This document shows, piece after piece, positions 9,769 to 18,697 of a stretch of DNA of 64,000 bases. The notes under the pieces are model-generated. The model was not told the DNA's origin and did not search any database. It saw only the letters and a program-made list of their open reading frames with translations. Origin of the DNA: Armatimonadota bacterium (GTDB lineage Bacteria; Armatimonadota; Fimbriimonadia; Fimbriimonadales; Fimbriimonadaceae); the NCBI GenBank assembly GCA_043770615.1, contig JAYVHY010000295.1:2157-66156 (forward strand), in the 5' to 3' direction. Made by a program: the position numbers and the translations under genes. Each line of letters opens with the position of its first letter. Position 1 is the first letter of the stretch.

Positions 9769-10203
9769 ATGAAAAACTTTCGGCTTGGAAAAGGTTTTAC
9801 GCTTGTAGAACTACTCATCGTTATCATCATCATCGCGGTCTTGGCAGCCATTGCCATTCCAAAATTTGCTAATTCTAGTATTAGAAGTAAGGAATCAGCC
9901 CTGCGAAGCAACTTGAAGATCGCTCGAGATGCAATTGACATTTTTAGAACCGATACCGGCGTTTTTCCCGGAACGATTGGTGACTTAGCGGTAACAACTG
10001 CTCCGGCCACTGGTCTCGATGCTACAGGTGGTTCGAAAGCAATTACTGCAGCCGATTGGAGAGGTCCGTATGTGCAAGCCGCACCCAATGACCCAACAAA
10101 CGGCGGTGCCCTTGGCTACGTAACGACCGGTGCAACAACCGGAAAGGTTTCGGCAAACAACTCTGGAACCGCAAGCGACGGAACACTGTACTCAACCTGG
10201 TAA
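9769..10203 (+). CDS. Type IV pilin / GspG-like major pseudopilin
   Basis: Class III signal KG|FTLVELLIVIIIIAVLAAIAIP with E5; C-terminal WRGPY...PNDP resembles the GspG signature. Confidence 0.9.
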   Translation: MKNFRLGKGFTLVELLIVIIIIAVLAAIAIPKFANSSIRSKESALRSNLKIARDAIDIFRTDTGVFPGTIGDLAVTTAPATGLDATGGSKAITAADWRGPYVQAAPNDPTNGGALGYVTTGATTGKVSANNSGTASDGTLYSTW

Positions 10204-10224
10204 GGCTTCATCGAGCCTTGATCG

Positions 10225-10260
10225 AAAGCGAGCTTGGAGGCAACTCCAAGCTCGCTTTTT
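10225..10260. terminator. Intrinsic terminator, probably bidirectional
   Basis: Perfect 15-bp stem aaagcgagcttggag-GCAA-ctccaagctcgcttt followed by more T, between convergent genes. Confidence 0.85.
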
Positions 10261-10276
10261 CCGTTCGAATCCCGGT

Positions 10277-13200
10277 CTATGGGACAATTATTGGCTTAAG
10301 TTTGAACTTCGCCAAAACCGCATTGAAAGCCACGACTTCTTTGGCTTGAAATGCTTTCCAGTTCGCCGACACTGTCTTAAGGTCGGAAAGTGCAGTCTTT
10401 GCATTTTTAATCATCACTTCATTGGGTGCCATATCTCCGGATTCCAATGTTCCCATATGCCGTATCATGGACCCCATAACGCCACCGAATGTAGGTGCAG
10501 GAATGACGCCATCGGCTGGCGGGAATCCGCCACCACCACGTCGCCCTCCCCCGCCAGAACCCCCAATAAGGGCAATTTTTTCGTCAAATGTACTCGCTGC
10601 CAAAGCTAATTCTGCCACTGGATCCGCACTTTGCAGGTCAGCCAACATCGAGCGAATCTTTGAGACTTCCTGGAATCCATCCCAAGCTTCCCGGGCACCG
10701 TAGTAAAGCGAAGCCTGCATATCGCATTGACTTTTGACGTCTGATGCAGTGGCAGGAGAGCGGGGATCATTTTTGACGGTCACCGTTTGCGATTGGCTTT
10801 GTCCGTTAACTGTGAGCTTGACGGAATATACGCCTGGAGCAACCAACGGACCTTCTGGAGAAGCCGGAGTCTCGCCAGGGTTTGCATTTATCCCATAACT
10901 TCGACTAAATGACTTCGGGTCGTCATATCGTAGGTTCCAGTTAATCCGATTCGTTCCTACTGCGGTTGGCATCGGCTTTGGCACCTCAATCCAGAAGTCC
11001 GGGATTGGAGGAAGCGGATCATTAGCGGGCGGAATCGGATCGCTGGACATGTGTCGGACCACTTTTCCGGTCGAGTCGCTTATTTCGAGGCTTACTTTCG
11101 TGGGCTCCTTGCCGAGATAATAGTAGATAATTGCCCCAACAGGCGCGTTTACTGCATGGGGTACCTCAGGGGGAAAAGGAGTGTCATCGTTGACATTTCG
11201 CCGTACACGGATGGCATCCCCGGGCTTGAAAAGTCGAGCGGTCTCTCGAGCCGTGTTTGGCGTCAATTCTCGCAAAGGAGAAATGTCATCCAATATCCAA
11301 AAACTTCGACCATAGGTTCCAACAACTAAGTCATTGCCCTTGACAACCATATCTCGGTAGGACGTATTGGGCGCATTGAGAGTCAGCGATTGCCAATCAT
11401 CACCATCGTTGATCGAGAAATATACCGAACTCTCAGTACCGGCAAAGACGAGTCCAGGTTTTTTCGTATCGGCACGAATGACCCTCGCAAAGCTTCCGCT
11501 TGGTTGATCGGTTCGCATACCTTTGACAATCTTTTTCCACGTCTTGCCGAAGTCATTTGTCCGATAGAAATGGGGAGTCATATCTCCGACTCCATGGTAG
11601 TCAATCGCGACGTAAGCGGTTCCGAGTTCTTGATGAGAAGCATCAATGGCGGACATATCCGCCCTTCGTGGGTTTTCGAGACCAGGAATCGTAACGTCTT
11701 CCCAGGTCTTGCCATGATCTTTCGTCAGCTTGATCAAGCCATTGTTGGTTCCAACCCAAATGACGTTGGCGTTCACACTTGATACTGAGAAAGACTGGAT
11801 GAGTCCACCGGCTGTTAGTGGTTGTTGCAGATCAAAAATGGCATCCTTATCTTCGTCCTCGTCTAATTCTATTCGACCGCCATTAACGGGAGGTGGGGTT
11901 GGCTTTACGCCAGGCTTGGTCGGAACAACCGGCTTCGGTTCCATTCCCTTCGGGTAGCCAAGATCTGGACTAAGCTTTTTCCAGTGCATTCCTCCATCGG
12001 TGGTTGACATCAGGAATTGGAATCCAGCTAGCAGTTCCTTTGGATTTGTCGGAGAGTAGCCAAGTGGTTGATTGGCTACATGCCGAAGCGATGCAGTTGC
12101 ATCCATATTTGGACTGACATTAATCGATTGTCCACTTGGATAAGTAACCTTAGTTATTCCGCTAGCCGAACTACCGGCATAACTGACCTTTGGGTTTAAC
12201 GGATCAACCACAATTGCGCCAAACTCATAGCCAGGGTGAGGCAGCCAATCTAACGGAGTGATCGCACCAAGGTTGCCACGGCTCGCAGTTCCGACACATC
12301 CGCTATCCTGCTGGGTCGCATAGATCCAGTAAGGATATTGGTTATCTACGGAGATGTGATAGACCTGGGCCGTCGCTTGGTTGTACCAATTGCTCCAGTT
12401 AAGACCACCATCAAGAGATACTGTCGCGCCTTGATCAGTTCCTAAGAACAATCGATTGCCATCCGTTGGATCAAGCCACATTTGTTGCGGATCATCGCCA
12501 CCAGGGGCACCTTTGAATCCCGTAAATGTTTTGCCGCCATCGAGAGATCGATAGCTACAGGTGTTGATCACGTACACGATGTCTGGGTTCTTTGGATTGA
12601 CGTAAACTCCGCAGTTGTAACCACCTTGTCCGTTCGCAACTCTCCGATCAGCCGCATCCATCTGCCGCCATGAATCGCCACCGTCGTCTGACCGATAAAG
12701 ACCAAAGTTTCCAACAAGGAACATCCGTTTAGCATCGGTTCCGTTGGCAATCGCGACGCTGGTTCGACCAGTTAGTCCGGGCAAACCATGCCCGATGATT
12801 GGCTTCCAAGTCAAACCTTCATCTTTCGAAATGAACAGCTTTGTACTGTTTCCGCTTGCACCACTTGCAGGTGCTCCACCGTTTGGGCCTCCCCTGGCTG
12901 CTCCCGGGGCATTATAGTGTTTAACCGTAGTCGCGAGCATGACTTCAGGATGGTCATATGCCCAAGTGATTTTTTGAATTCCAATTTGCTTATCGACAAA
13001 GAGAGTCTTTGTCCAAGTTTCACCTCCATCGGTGCTTCGATAAAGACCTCGATCATCAGACTCTTCCCTAACGTTGCCCTGAGCAGCAACCATCACCAAA
13101 TTCGGGTTCTTGGGATCAACCAAAATTGAAGGTATCTGCTTTGTCTTGGCGAGGCCCATATGCTTCCAGGTCTTCCCGGCATCCGTTGACTTATAAACCC

Positions 13201-13573
13201 CGTTTCCTTCGTTGATTCCTCCGCCGGTAATGAGGTCACCCATACCGACGTAGATTATGTTTGGATCAGAGGGAGCGACTTCAATTGCTCCAACAGAAGA
13301 GGCTTCCTTGATATCGTCAAAAATTGGATACCAGGTAGTTCCTGCACTGGTTGTTTTCCAGACGCCTCCGAGGGGAAGACCCATATAATAGGTGCCAGGC
13401 TGCCCAATCACTCCCGTGACTGCGGATACTCGTCCGCCTCGGAACGGTCCAACATTGCGCCACTTGAGTCCGGATATCAGTTCAGGTTGAACCGGTTGTG
13501 CGATTATCGAGCTAAGCGCTCCAAAAAGCATGATAGTGGCAACGAAGACTCGCACAGGATTTTGATAAGTCAT
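10277..13573 (-). CDS. Secreted VPS10/sortilin-like BNR-repeat beta-propeller protein (glycosyl hydrolase-like)
   Basis: Signal peptide; LKWRNVGPFRGGRV start; many SxDGGxTW Asp-box repeats; C-terminal Ig-like region (PGVYSVKLTVNG). Confidence 0.85.
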   Translation of the reverse strand: MTYQNPVRVFVATIMLFGALSSIIAQPVQPELISGLKWRNVGPFRGGRVSAVTGVIGQPGTYYMGLPLGGVWKTTSAGTTWYPIFDDIKEASSVGAIEVAPSDPNIIYVGMGDLITGGGINEGNGVYKSTDAGKTWKHMGLAKTKQIPSILVDPKNPNLVMVAAQGNVREESDDRGLYRSTDGGETWTKTLFVDKQIGIQKITWAYDHPEVMLATTVKHYNAPGAARGGPNGGAPASGASGNSTKLFISKDEGLTWKPIIGHGLPGLTGRTSVAIANGTDAKRMFLVGNFGLYRSDDGGDSWRQMDAADRRVANGQGGYNCGVYVNPKNPDIVYVINTCSYRSLDGGKTFTGFKGAPGGDDPQQMWLDPTDGNRLFLGTDQGATVSLDGGLNWSNWYNQATAQVYHISVDNQYPYWIYATQQDSGCVGTASRGNLGAITPLDWLPHPGYEFGAIVVDPLNPKVSYAGSSASGITKVTYPSGQSINVSPNMDATASLRHVANQPLGYSPTNPKELLAGFQFLMSTTDGGMHWKKLSPDLGYPKGMEPKPVVPTKPGVKPTPPPVNGGRIELDEDEDKDAIFDLQQPLTAGGLIQSFSVSSVNANVIWVGTNNGLIKLTKDHGKTWEDVTIPGLENPRRADMSAIDASHQELGTAYVAIDYHGVGDMTPHFYRTNDFGKTWKKIVKGMRTDQPSGSFARVIRADTKKPGLVFAGTESSVYFSINDGDDWQSLTLNAPNTSYRDMVVKGNDLVVGTYGRSFWILDDISPLRELTPNTARETARLFKPGDAIRVRRNVNDDTPFPPEVPHAVNAPVGAIIYYYLGKEPTKVSLEISDSTGKVVRHMSSDPIPPANDPLPPIPDFWIEVPKPMPTAVGTNRINWNLRYDDPKSFSRSYGINANPGETPASPEGPLVAPGVYSVKLTVNGQSQSQTVTVKNDPRSPATASDVKSQCDMQASLYYGAREAWDGFQEVSKIRSMLADLQSADPVAELALAASTFDEKIALIGGSGGGGRRGGGGFPPADGVIPAPTFGGVMGSMIRHMGTLESGDMAPNEVMIKNAKTALSDLKTVSANWKAFQAKEVVAFNAVLAKFKLKPIIVP

Positions 13574-13631
13574 GTTCGATATGTTACGCTAATGGACAGT
13601 GCTTGGGTTTCTCGTATACTTTGATAAGCCG

Positions 13632-14426
13632 ATGCTATCCCAAACTTTCCCAAAACTGAGTGACTATAGTCCTGAGGAGCTTATTTGGATGGCAGATGAT
13701 CACGACGATGCCGCTTTTGCCTTGGCATTAGGAAGCCATCCGGCAATGAAAAATGAGGATGGATTTTGCGAAATCATCACGGGAATCAAGGATCCTTTTG
13801 CTAACATGGCATTCGGGATGAGGGTCCCTGACGCAGAAAATCGGGTACTCGCGATTACGCAGAGATTAAAAGAGCTGGATTGCCCGGGACTGTTTTGGGT
13901 TGGTCCGTGCACATCGCCGGAGAATCTGGATGAAATCCTTATTCAAAATGGTTGGAGTCACTTAGCTTCCCCACCGGCAATGGCCATTGACCTAGAGTTT
14001 CTTGATGCTCCCACACTTCTTCAGGGCTTTCAGTTGCGACGGGTGACTAGTACACAGGAGTTGGCGGTCTGGCATCAAGCGATTGCTAAAGGATTTGGAA
14101 TGTCGGTTGAAGTCGCGGAGATGTTCGCTTTGAATCCTAGCGATCAGATTCGCTTCTATACGGCATTTCTAAACGATGAAGTGGTCGGCACGACGGCACT
14201 CATCCTTCAAAATGGAGTTGCGGGAATCTACTGCCTTAGTACCCTTCCTGAATTCCGAGCCCGAGGAATTGGCACAGCATTAACGGCGTTACCTCTCCTC
14301 GAAGCGAGAAGCGAGGGATATCGCGTCGGCACTCTGCAATCATCGAAGATGGGTTTGCCGGTTTATACACGCCTGGGGTTTCAGGAAGTTTGCAAACTCA
14401 AAATGTTTAGCTTTGGAATGCCATGA
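13632..14426 (+). CDS. GNAT family N-acetyltransferase
   Basis: C-terminal motif A STLPEFRARGIGTAL and VYTRLGF; start moved to the in-frame ATG at 13632. Confidence 0.85.
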   Translation: MLSQTFPKLSDYSPEELIWMADDHDDAAFALALGSHPAMKNEDGFCEIITGIKDPFANMAFGMRVPDAENRVLAITQRLKELDCPGLFWVGPCTSPENLDEILIQNGWSHLASPPAMAIDLEFLDAPTLLQGFQLRRVTSTQELAVWHQAIAKGFGMSVEVAEMFALNPSDQIRFYTAFLNDEVVGTTALILQNGVAGIYCLSTLPEFRARGIGTALTALPLLEARSEGYRVGTLQSSKMGLPVYTRLGFQEVCKLKMFSFGMP

Positions 14427-14989
14427 AACGAAGTGACGTTAACTACTTGATTAGGCAGGCAACCGCCTGCTTTACTGCGAACGGTTGGGCATTGCCGCCT
14501 TCGCCAAGGTGGGATGTAACGGACTTTGGATTAGGAGATTGGAGTAAATTTGGGCTCGTTCTCGTCAATTTGGCAGACGAGCCGGAATATTGCGAAAAGG
14601 TTATGTATGTACGCCGGGGAATGGTAACACCCGCCCATACCCATGCCATCAAGAAAGAAGATATCATTTGTCGCTGGGGGGTGCTTACGGTCAAGGTGTG
14701 GAAAGGCAAGCCAGATGTTTTCCGCCCCGATGACTTTACGATTAAAGTCAATGGCGAGACCCAGCGAATCTTCGGTGGCGATTCGATAACGTTGAACGCC
14801 GGAGAAAGGGTTACCCTGGTTCCCGGAATTTACCATCAATTTGAATCTATTTCGGAAGAGTGCATTGTCGGTGAAGTTTCCACCGCTAACGACGATGCAA
14901 CCGACAACTTCTTTGCTGACCCAGAAGTCGGACGGTTTTCGGAAATTATCGAAGATGCTCCTCGCGGAGTATTATTGATTCACGAGTAG
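14423..14989 (+). CDS. D-lyxose/D-mannose family sugar isomerase (cupin)
   Basis: MKRSDVN start, WDVTDFGLG, YCEK, HTHAIKKEDII, GEVSTANDD. Confidence 0.85.
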   Translation: MKRSDVNYLIRQATACFTANGWALPPSPRWDVTDFGLGDWSKFGLVLVNLADEPEYCEKVMYVRRGMVTPAHTHAIKKEDIICRWGVLTVKVWKGKPDVFRPDDFTIKVNGETQRIFGGDSITLNAGERVTLVPGIYHQFESISEECIVGEVSTANDDATDNFFADPEVGRFSEIIEDAPRGVLLIHE

Positions 14990-15029
14990 TTTTTGGAACC
15001 ACCGATCAAGTTGGTGCATTTGAATAAGT

Positions 15030-15539
15030 ATGATTACCCCGTTTTTAGCTTCAATTGTCCTGGGCCAGTCTAGAAGTCCGGTCGGAAAGACCGCACCAGA
15101 ATTTGTCGGCAAAGACTGGGTTAACTCGGAAAAGCCGATTAAGATGTCCGATCGAACCGGGAAAGTTACGTTGGTTTACTTCTGGACTTTCGCGTGTTAC
15201 AACTGCAAAAACAATCTGCCAGCAGTCCAACGGGTGACGCTAGCGTTTGAAAAGCAAGGTGTTCAAATGATCAGCATCCATTCTCCTGAACTAGCCGAGG
15301 AGCGGGACACCAAAAATGTTCGAAAAGCTATCGAGAAGTACGGGACCAAGTATCCAGTTCTGATCGATGGCGAAATGTCGAACTGGAAGGCTTGGGGTAC
15401 TGGCATGTGGCCAACGATCTTTGTGATTGACAAGAAGAACAAGATCCGTGGTGGCTGGGAAGGCGAACTGAACTACAACGGCCAAAAGGGTGAAGAGAAG
15501 ATTTCCGGTCTCATCCGCCAGTTGTTGAAAGAAGACTAA
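15030..15539 (+). CDS. Redoxin/TlpA-DipZ-like thiol-disulfide oxidoreductase
   Basis: FWTFACYNC CxxC, IHSPE, WPTIFVID thioredoxin-fold motifs. Confidence 0.85.
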   Translation: MITPFLASIVLGQSRSPVGKTAPEFVGKDWVNSEKPIKMSDRTGKVTLVYFWTFACYNCKNNLPAVQRVTLAFEKQGVQMISIHSPELAEERDTKNVRKAIEKYGTKYPVLIDGEMSNWKAWGTGMWPTIFVIDKKNKIRGGWEGELNYNGQKGEEKISGLIRQLLKED

Positions 15540-15943
15540 GGCAACTTGTCTTTAACCTTCTTTGTCATTTCGAACTGCCAGATTGCCAGACCAATTGAAA
15601 GTCCGAGCGCACCAATCGAAAGCATTTCGAGCCCCATACCGCAATCTCCGGAATATGCATTCAAGTACCAAACCGGATGGATTGCAAGCATCATTAAACT
15701 AACAATCGGATGACCGGGTCCCGTACGAATCGATCGGTACCACCGATATGAACAGATGAACACGATGGCTTGTACTGCAATTGAGACCTTTCCAACAGCC
15801 ATGGCGTAGATCATGTCTTCTTGGACATTTGGACCACTGCACGCTAAAATCGTGTTTGTCATCCCAAGGCATATTCCAAGACAGAACTTTCTCACTCGCA
15901 TTTTCTCCCAAGGCGCTACTGGCTTGATCTCAGATTTTGCCAA
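15536..15943 (-). CDS. Small hypothetical membrane protein (start uncertain)
   Basis: About three hydrophobic segments; fills the gap downstream of the M14 peptidase on the same strand. Confidence 0.5.
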   Translation of the reverse strand: MAKSEIKPVAPWEKMRVRKFCLGICLGMTNTILACSGPNVQEDMIYAMAVGKVSIAVQAIVFICSYRWYRSIRTGPGHPIVSLMMLAIHPVWYLNAYSGDCGMGLEMLSIGALGLSIGLAIWQFEMTKKVKDKLP

Positions 15944-18525
15944 TTTGCCGCAGCGTTAAAGACCATTGCCCATGAGCCATGAGTAGATTGCCGCCACATC
16001 GGATTGATGGCAAACAAAAGGACGTTTCCTTTCCCTACCGGGCACTGAACCAAAGCGGCTCTACCTGCAAGTTCTTCGCCTTTGTTAAGTGATCCACTGA
16101 TGAGCAACTTTTCGACCGAAGCAAACCTCAGCAAGACCTTTGGGCGGGATGCAAGAGAATCCTGGGGAAGTGTAGCCGAACCGATATCAGTTGGCAATGG
16201 TCGAGCCGTATAGGGTGGTCGTCCTTGAACGACATCGGGATCATCTAAATCTCCTCTTCCGGTTGGACGTCCTCTGGCAGAATTGTCACCCCGACCGCCA
16301 CCGCCACTACCGACGCTTAGTAAAGGGGTTCGACTAAAATAAACGCCTACCGTATCGTCGTAGCTCGCAGTGATCGGACTTTTACGATCCAAATTGTCTG
16401 CCAAGAAGACACCGCCAGGAGCAAACAAGTCCTTCGGCTCGGTAATTGATACGCCACTGACCAATCCATACTGAATTGGCACTGAACAGTTGCTACCGAT
16501 GCACATAAACAATCCGCCTCCGTTGAGGAACTTTTGAATGTTCATCATTCCTTGGAGTTCGATCCCGCCTCGAATATTGTCGGTTTGAGCAACTCCTCCC
16601 AGGTGAGGAAAGCCAGGAAGCGGCTTCCAAGGAATCGGCTCACCTTCCTTGCTGACACCATTCACAATGCTTTGGGCGGTACCTCCAGCCGGAGACAAGA
16701 TGATTACGTCAAACTTGCTCTTTAGGTCTAGAGTATCCCGGAGGTCATGAGTTGAAATATAGGTGTAGGGAATGCCTGCGGCATCAAACGCCATTCGAAA
16801 CCAGCCTTCATTTTGGGTGTTTTGCCAAGTGTGAACCAATGCAATTCTGCCCATTTTTGACTTATCAACTGGGAATGGCTTTGCCTTTTCCCAAGCGGCA
16901 TTCTCTGGTGAGGACGTTCGATTGAGAACAACCTTGTTGGTGACTCTGGTGGAATTCACATCAAAAAGAGGACCAAGCGTCCAGCCCGTATCATCGTACG
17001 GAGACGGATCGTCAGCTCGATAGTATTGTTTGTCCAGAAGCATATCTGCCATTCGGCAATACGGTTGGTCCATCCTCACTACGAGTGAACCCTTGGCCAG
17101 GACCGCTCCATTCTCGATAACATCTTGGTTAAGGGTCGTCACTTCAACTCCTTGTCGGCCCATCAGGGTCTTCAGTTCGCCAAGATTCCAATCTCTGCCT
17201 TGTTTTGCTGAAAGCACGTAAGCAACCGGACCCTCAGCCCAGGGCTTCATGACACTTCGTTTGGATTTAAGATAGTAATTGTGAAGAAACTTTTCCTTGT
17301 TGGTCGCGACATTATGCATTCCCATTAAAAGGGCAGATTGGCTAAGGTTCGTATTGTTACGAATTGACCAACGAACATTCGAAAATGGCGGGTTTGGTCG
17401 AAACCATTGGCGAGTGGCATCTTCGCCAGCAGACCTCATTCCTGTATCTGCCCCACTGCCACCTTGGGTCTCGTAGAAACGACCGATTGCGTTGTGACCG
17501 TTTGCAATATAGAACGCATAATTTGGCGCCCAGCCATCGTAAAATCCGTGCGTCCAGACTCCTGGCACGCCTCGTTTTGTCATTTCATCAACTTCGTTGT
17601 AAGCCATTGTGTGCCATTCATCAATTGTAATGGGGTCTAGCCAAGCATTATAAGGTCCAGTGCCAGACGAGATGTAAAGGTACGGCACTGACTCGTGAAG
17701 GTCGTGGAGAACAGTCGGATGGAATTGCAGCCAGGTTTGGACAAGGTTCTTGCTTAGGGCTAGTCCCATTCCCACGTTATCTCGGTTGTTATCGTGAGCA
17801 ACATATTGCCCCCAATAGAGCAGAGGAATCGCCGGCTTGGTCGGATTCTTTTTTCGGTAGAGATAGGTGTCGACAAATCGATCTCGACCATCGGTATCAA
17901 GGACCGGAGTCAACATCACGATCGAGTTTTTCCTGATTTCCTGAATAAATGGGGTCTCTTCCACCGCAAGCCGGTACGCCAATTCCATCAACATTTCGGG
18001 AGGTCCCGATTCTGGAGAATGCATTCCTCCGGTCGCATAGTAAATAGGGAGACCCTGCTTGATGAGCTTGGCCGCAATTTCGTCGGCACCCGCAAGATTT
18101 CCGTCTCCACGATAATTGACTAACTTCCGAGGGTCGCCGATTTTAGCATTGATGTCCTGGATTTCCTTCATACGGCCCAAGTTGCTTTCGTCCGAGATGA
18201 TGACCGTGATCATCTCTCGCCCGTCTTCGCTCTTTCCCATACTATGAATTCTCACCCGAGAAGATGTTTTGGCGAGTTCCTTCATGTAGCCATTGATCTC
18301 GTCAACATGATGGAGAACATTTGGCGCTCCAATCACATCGCCAAAATGCTTCAATGGTGATGGTACTTTCGAGCTTGTAGGTAGGTGATCAACCAATTCG
18401 GTTAGAAAAAATGGTTCGGTAGTGTACTCCCGAATCTTCTTGCCATATGCTTCATCATTTTGCGCCGAAGCAAGCCCAGAGGCAAGCGTTATAAGGCAAG
18501 TGACGAAAGGGACCAAGCGAGTCAT
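15916..18525 (-). CDS. M14 family zinc carboxypeptidase-like secreted protein
   Basis: Signal peptide; GKSEDGR, HSPE (HxxE), DNNRD, HDLHE motifs; C-terminal GATase-like domain. Confidence 0.85.
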   Translation of the reverse strand: MTRLVPFVTCLITLASGLASAQNDEAYGKKIREYTTEPFFLTELVDHLPTSSKVPSPLKHFGDVIGAPNVLHHVDEINGYMKELAKTSSRVRIHSMGKSEDGREMITVIISDESNLGRMKEIQDINAKIGDPRKLVNYRGDGNLAGADEIAAKLIKQGLPIYYATGGMHSPESGPPEMLMELAYRLAVEETPFIQEIRKNSIVMLTPVLDTDGRDRFVDTYLYRKKNPTKPAIPLLYWGQYVAHDNNRDNVGMGLALSKNLVQTWLQFHPTVLHDLHESVPYLYISSGTGPYNAWLDPITIDEWHTMAYNEVDEMTKRGVPGVWTHGFYDGWAPNYAFYIANGHNAIGRFYETQGGSGADTGMRSAGEDATRQWFRPNPPFSNVRWSIRNNTNLSQSALLMGMHNVATNKEKFLHNYYLKSKRSVMKPWAEGPVAYVLSAKQGRDWNLGELKTLMGRQGVEVTTLNQDVIENGAVLAKGSLVVRMDQPYCRMADMLLDKQYYRADDPSPYDDTGWTLGPLFDVNSTRVTNKVVLNRTSSPENAAWEKAKPFPVDKSKMGRIALVHTWQNTQNEGWFRMAFDAAGIPYTYISTHDLRDTLDLKSKFDVIILSPAGGTAQSIVNGVSKEGEPIPWKPLPGFPHLGGVAQTDNIRGGIELQGMMNIQKFLNGGGLFMCIGSNCSVPIQYGLVSGVSITEPKDLFAPGGVFLADNLDRKSPITASYDDTVGVYFSRTPLLSVGSGGGGRGDNSARGRPTGRGDLDDPDVVQGRPPYTARPLPTDIGSATLPQDSLASRPKVLLRFASVEKLLISGSLNKGEELAGRAALVQCPVGKGNVLLFAINPMWRQSTHGSWAMVFNAAANWQNLRSSQ

Positions 18526-18697
18526 ATGTGCATTTTTGCACAGAATCCCATCAGTAGATTTCTGCTCAAACGAACACCGGAGATCAAACCAATTACTAAC
18601 CGAAGAAAGTACTCAAAATTCCTTCCGTGCTACGAGAATATTTAACGTATAATCCGAAATAGATTCCTGGCAATTCTGCCGGGACTGTTGGGGACGC

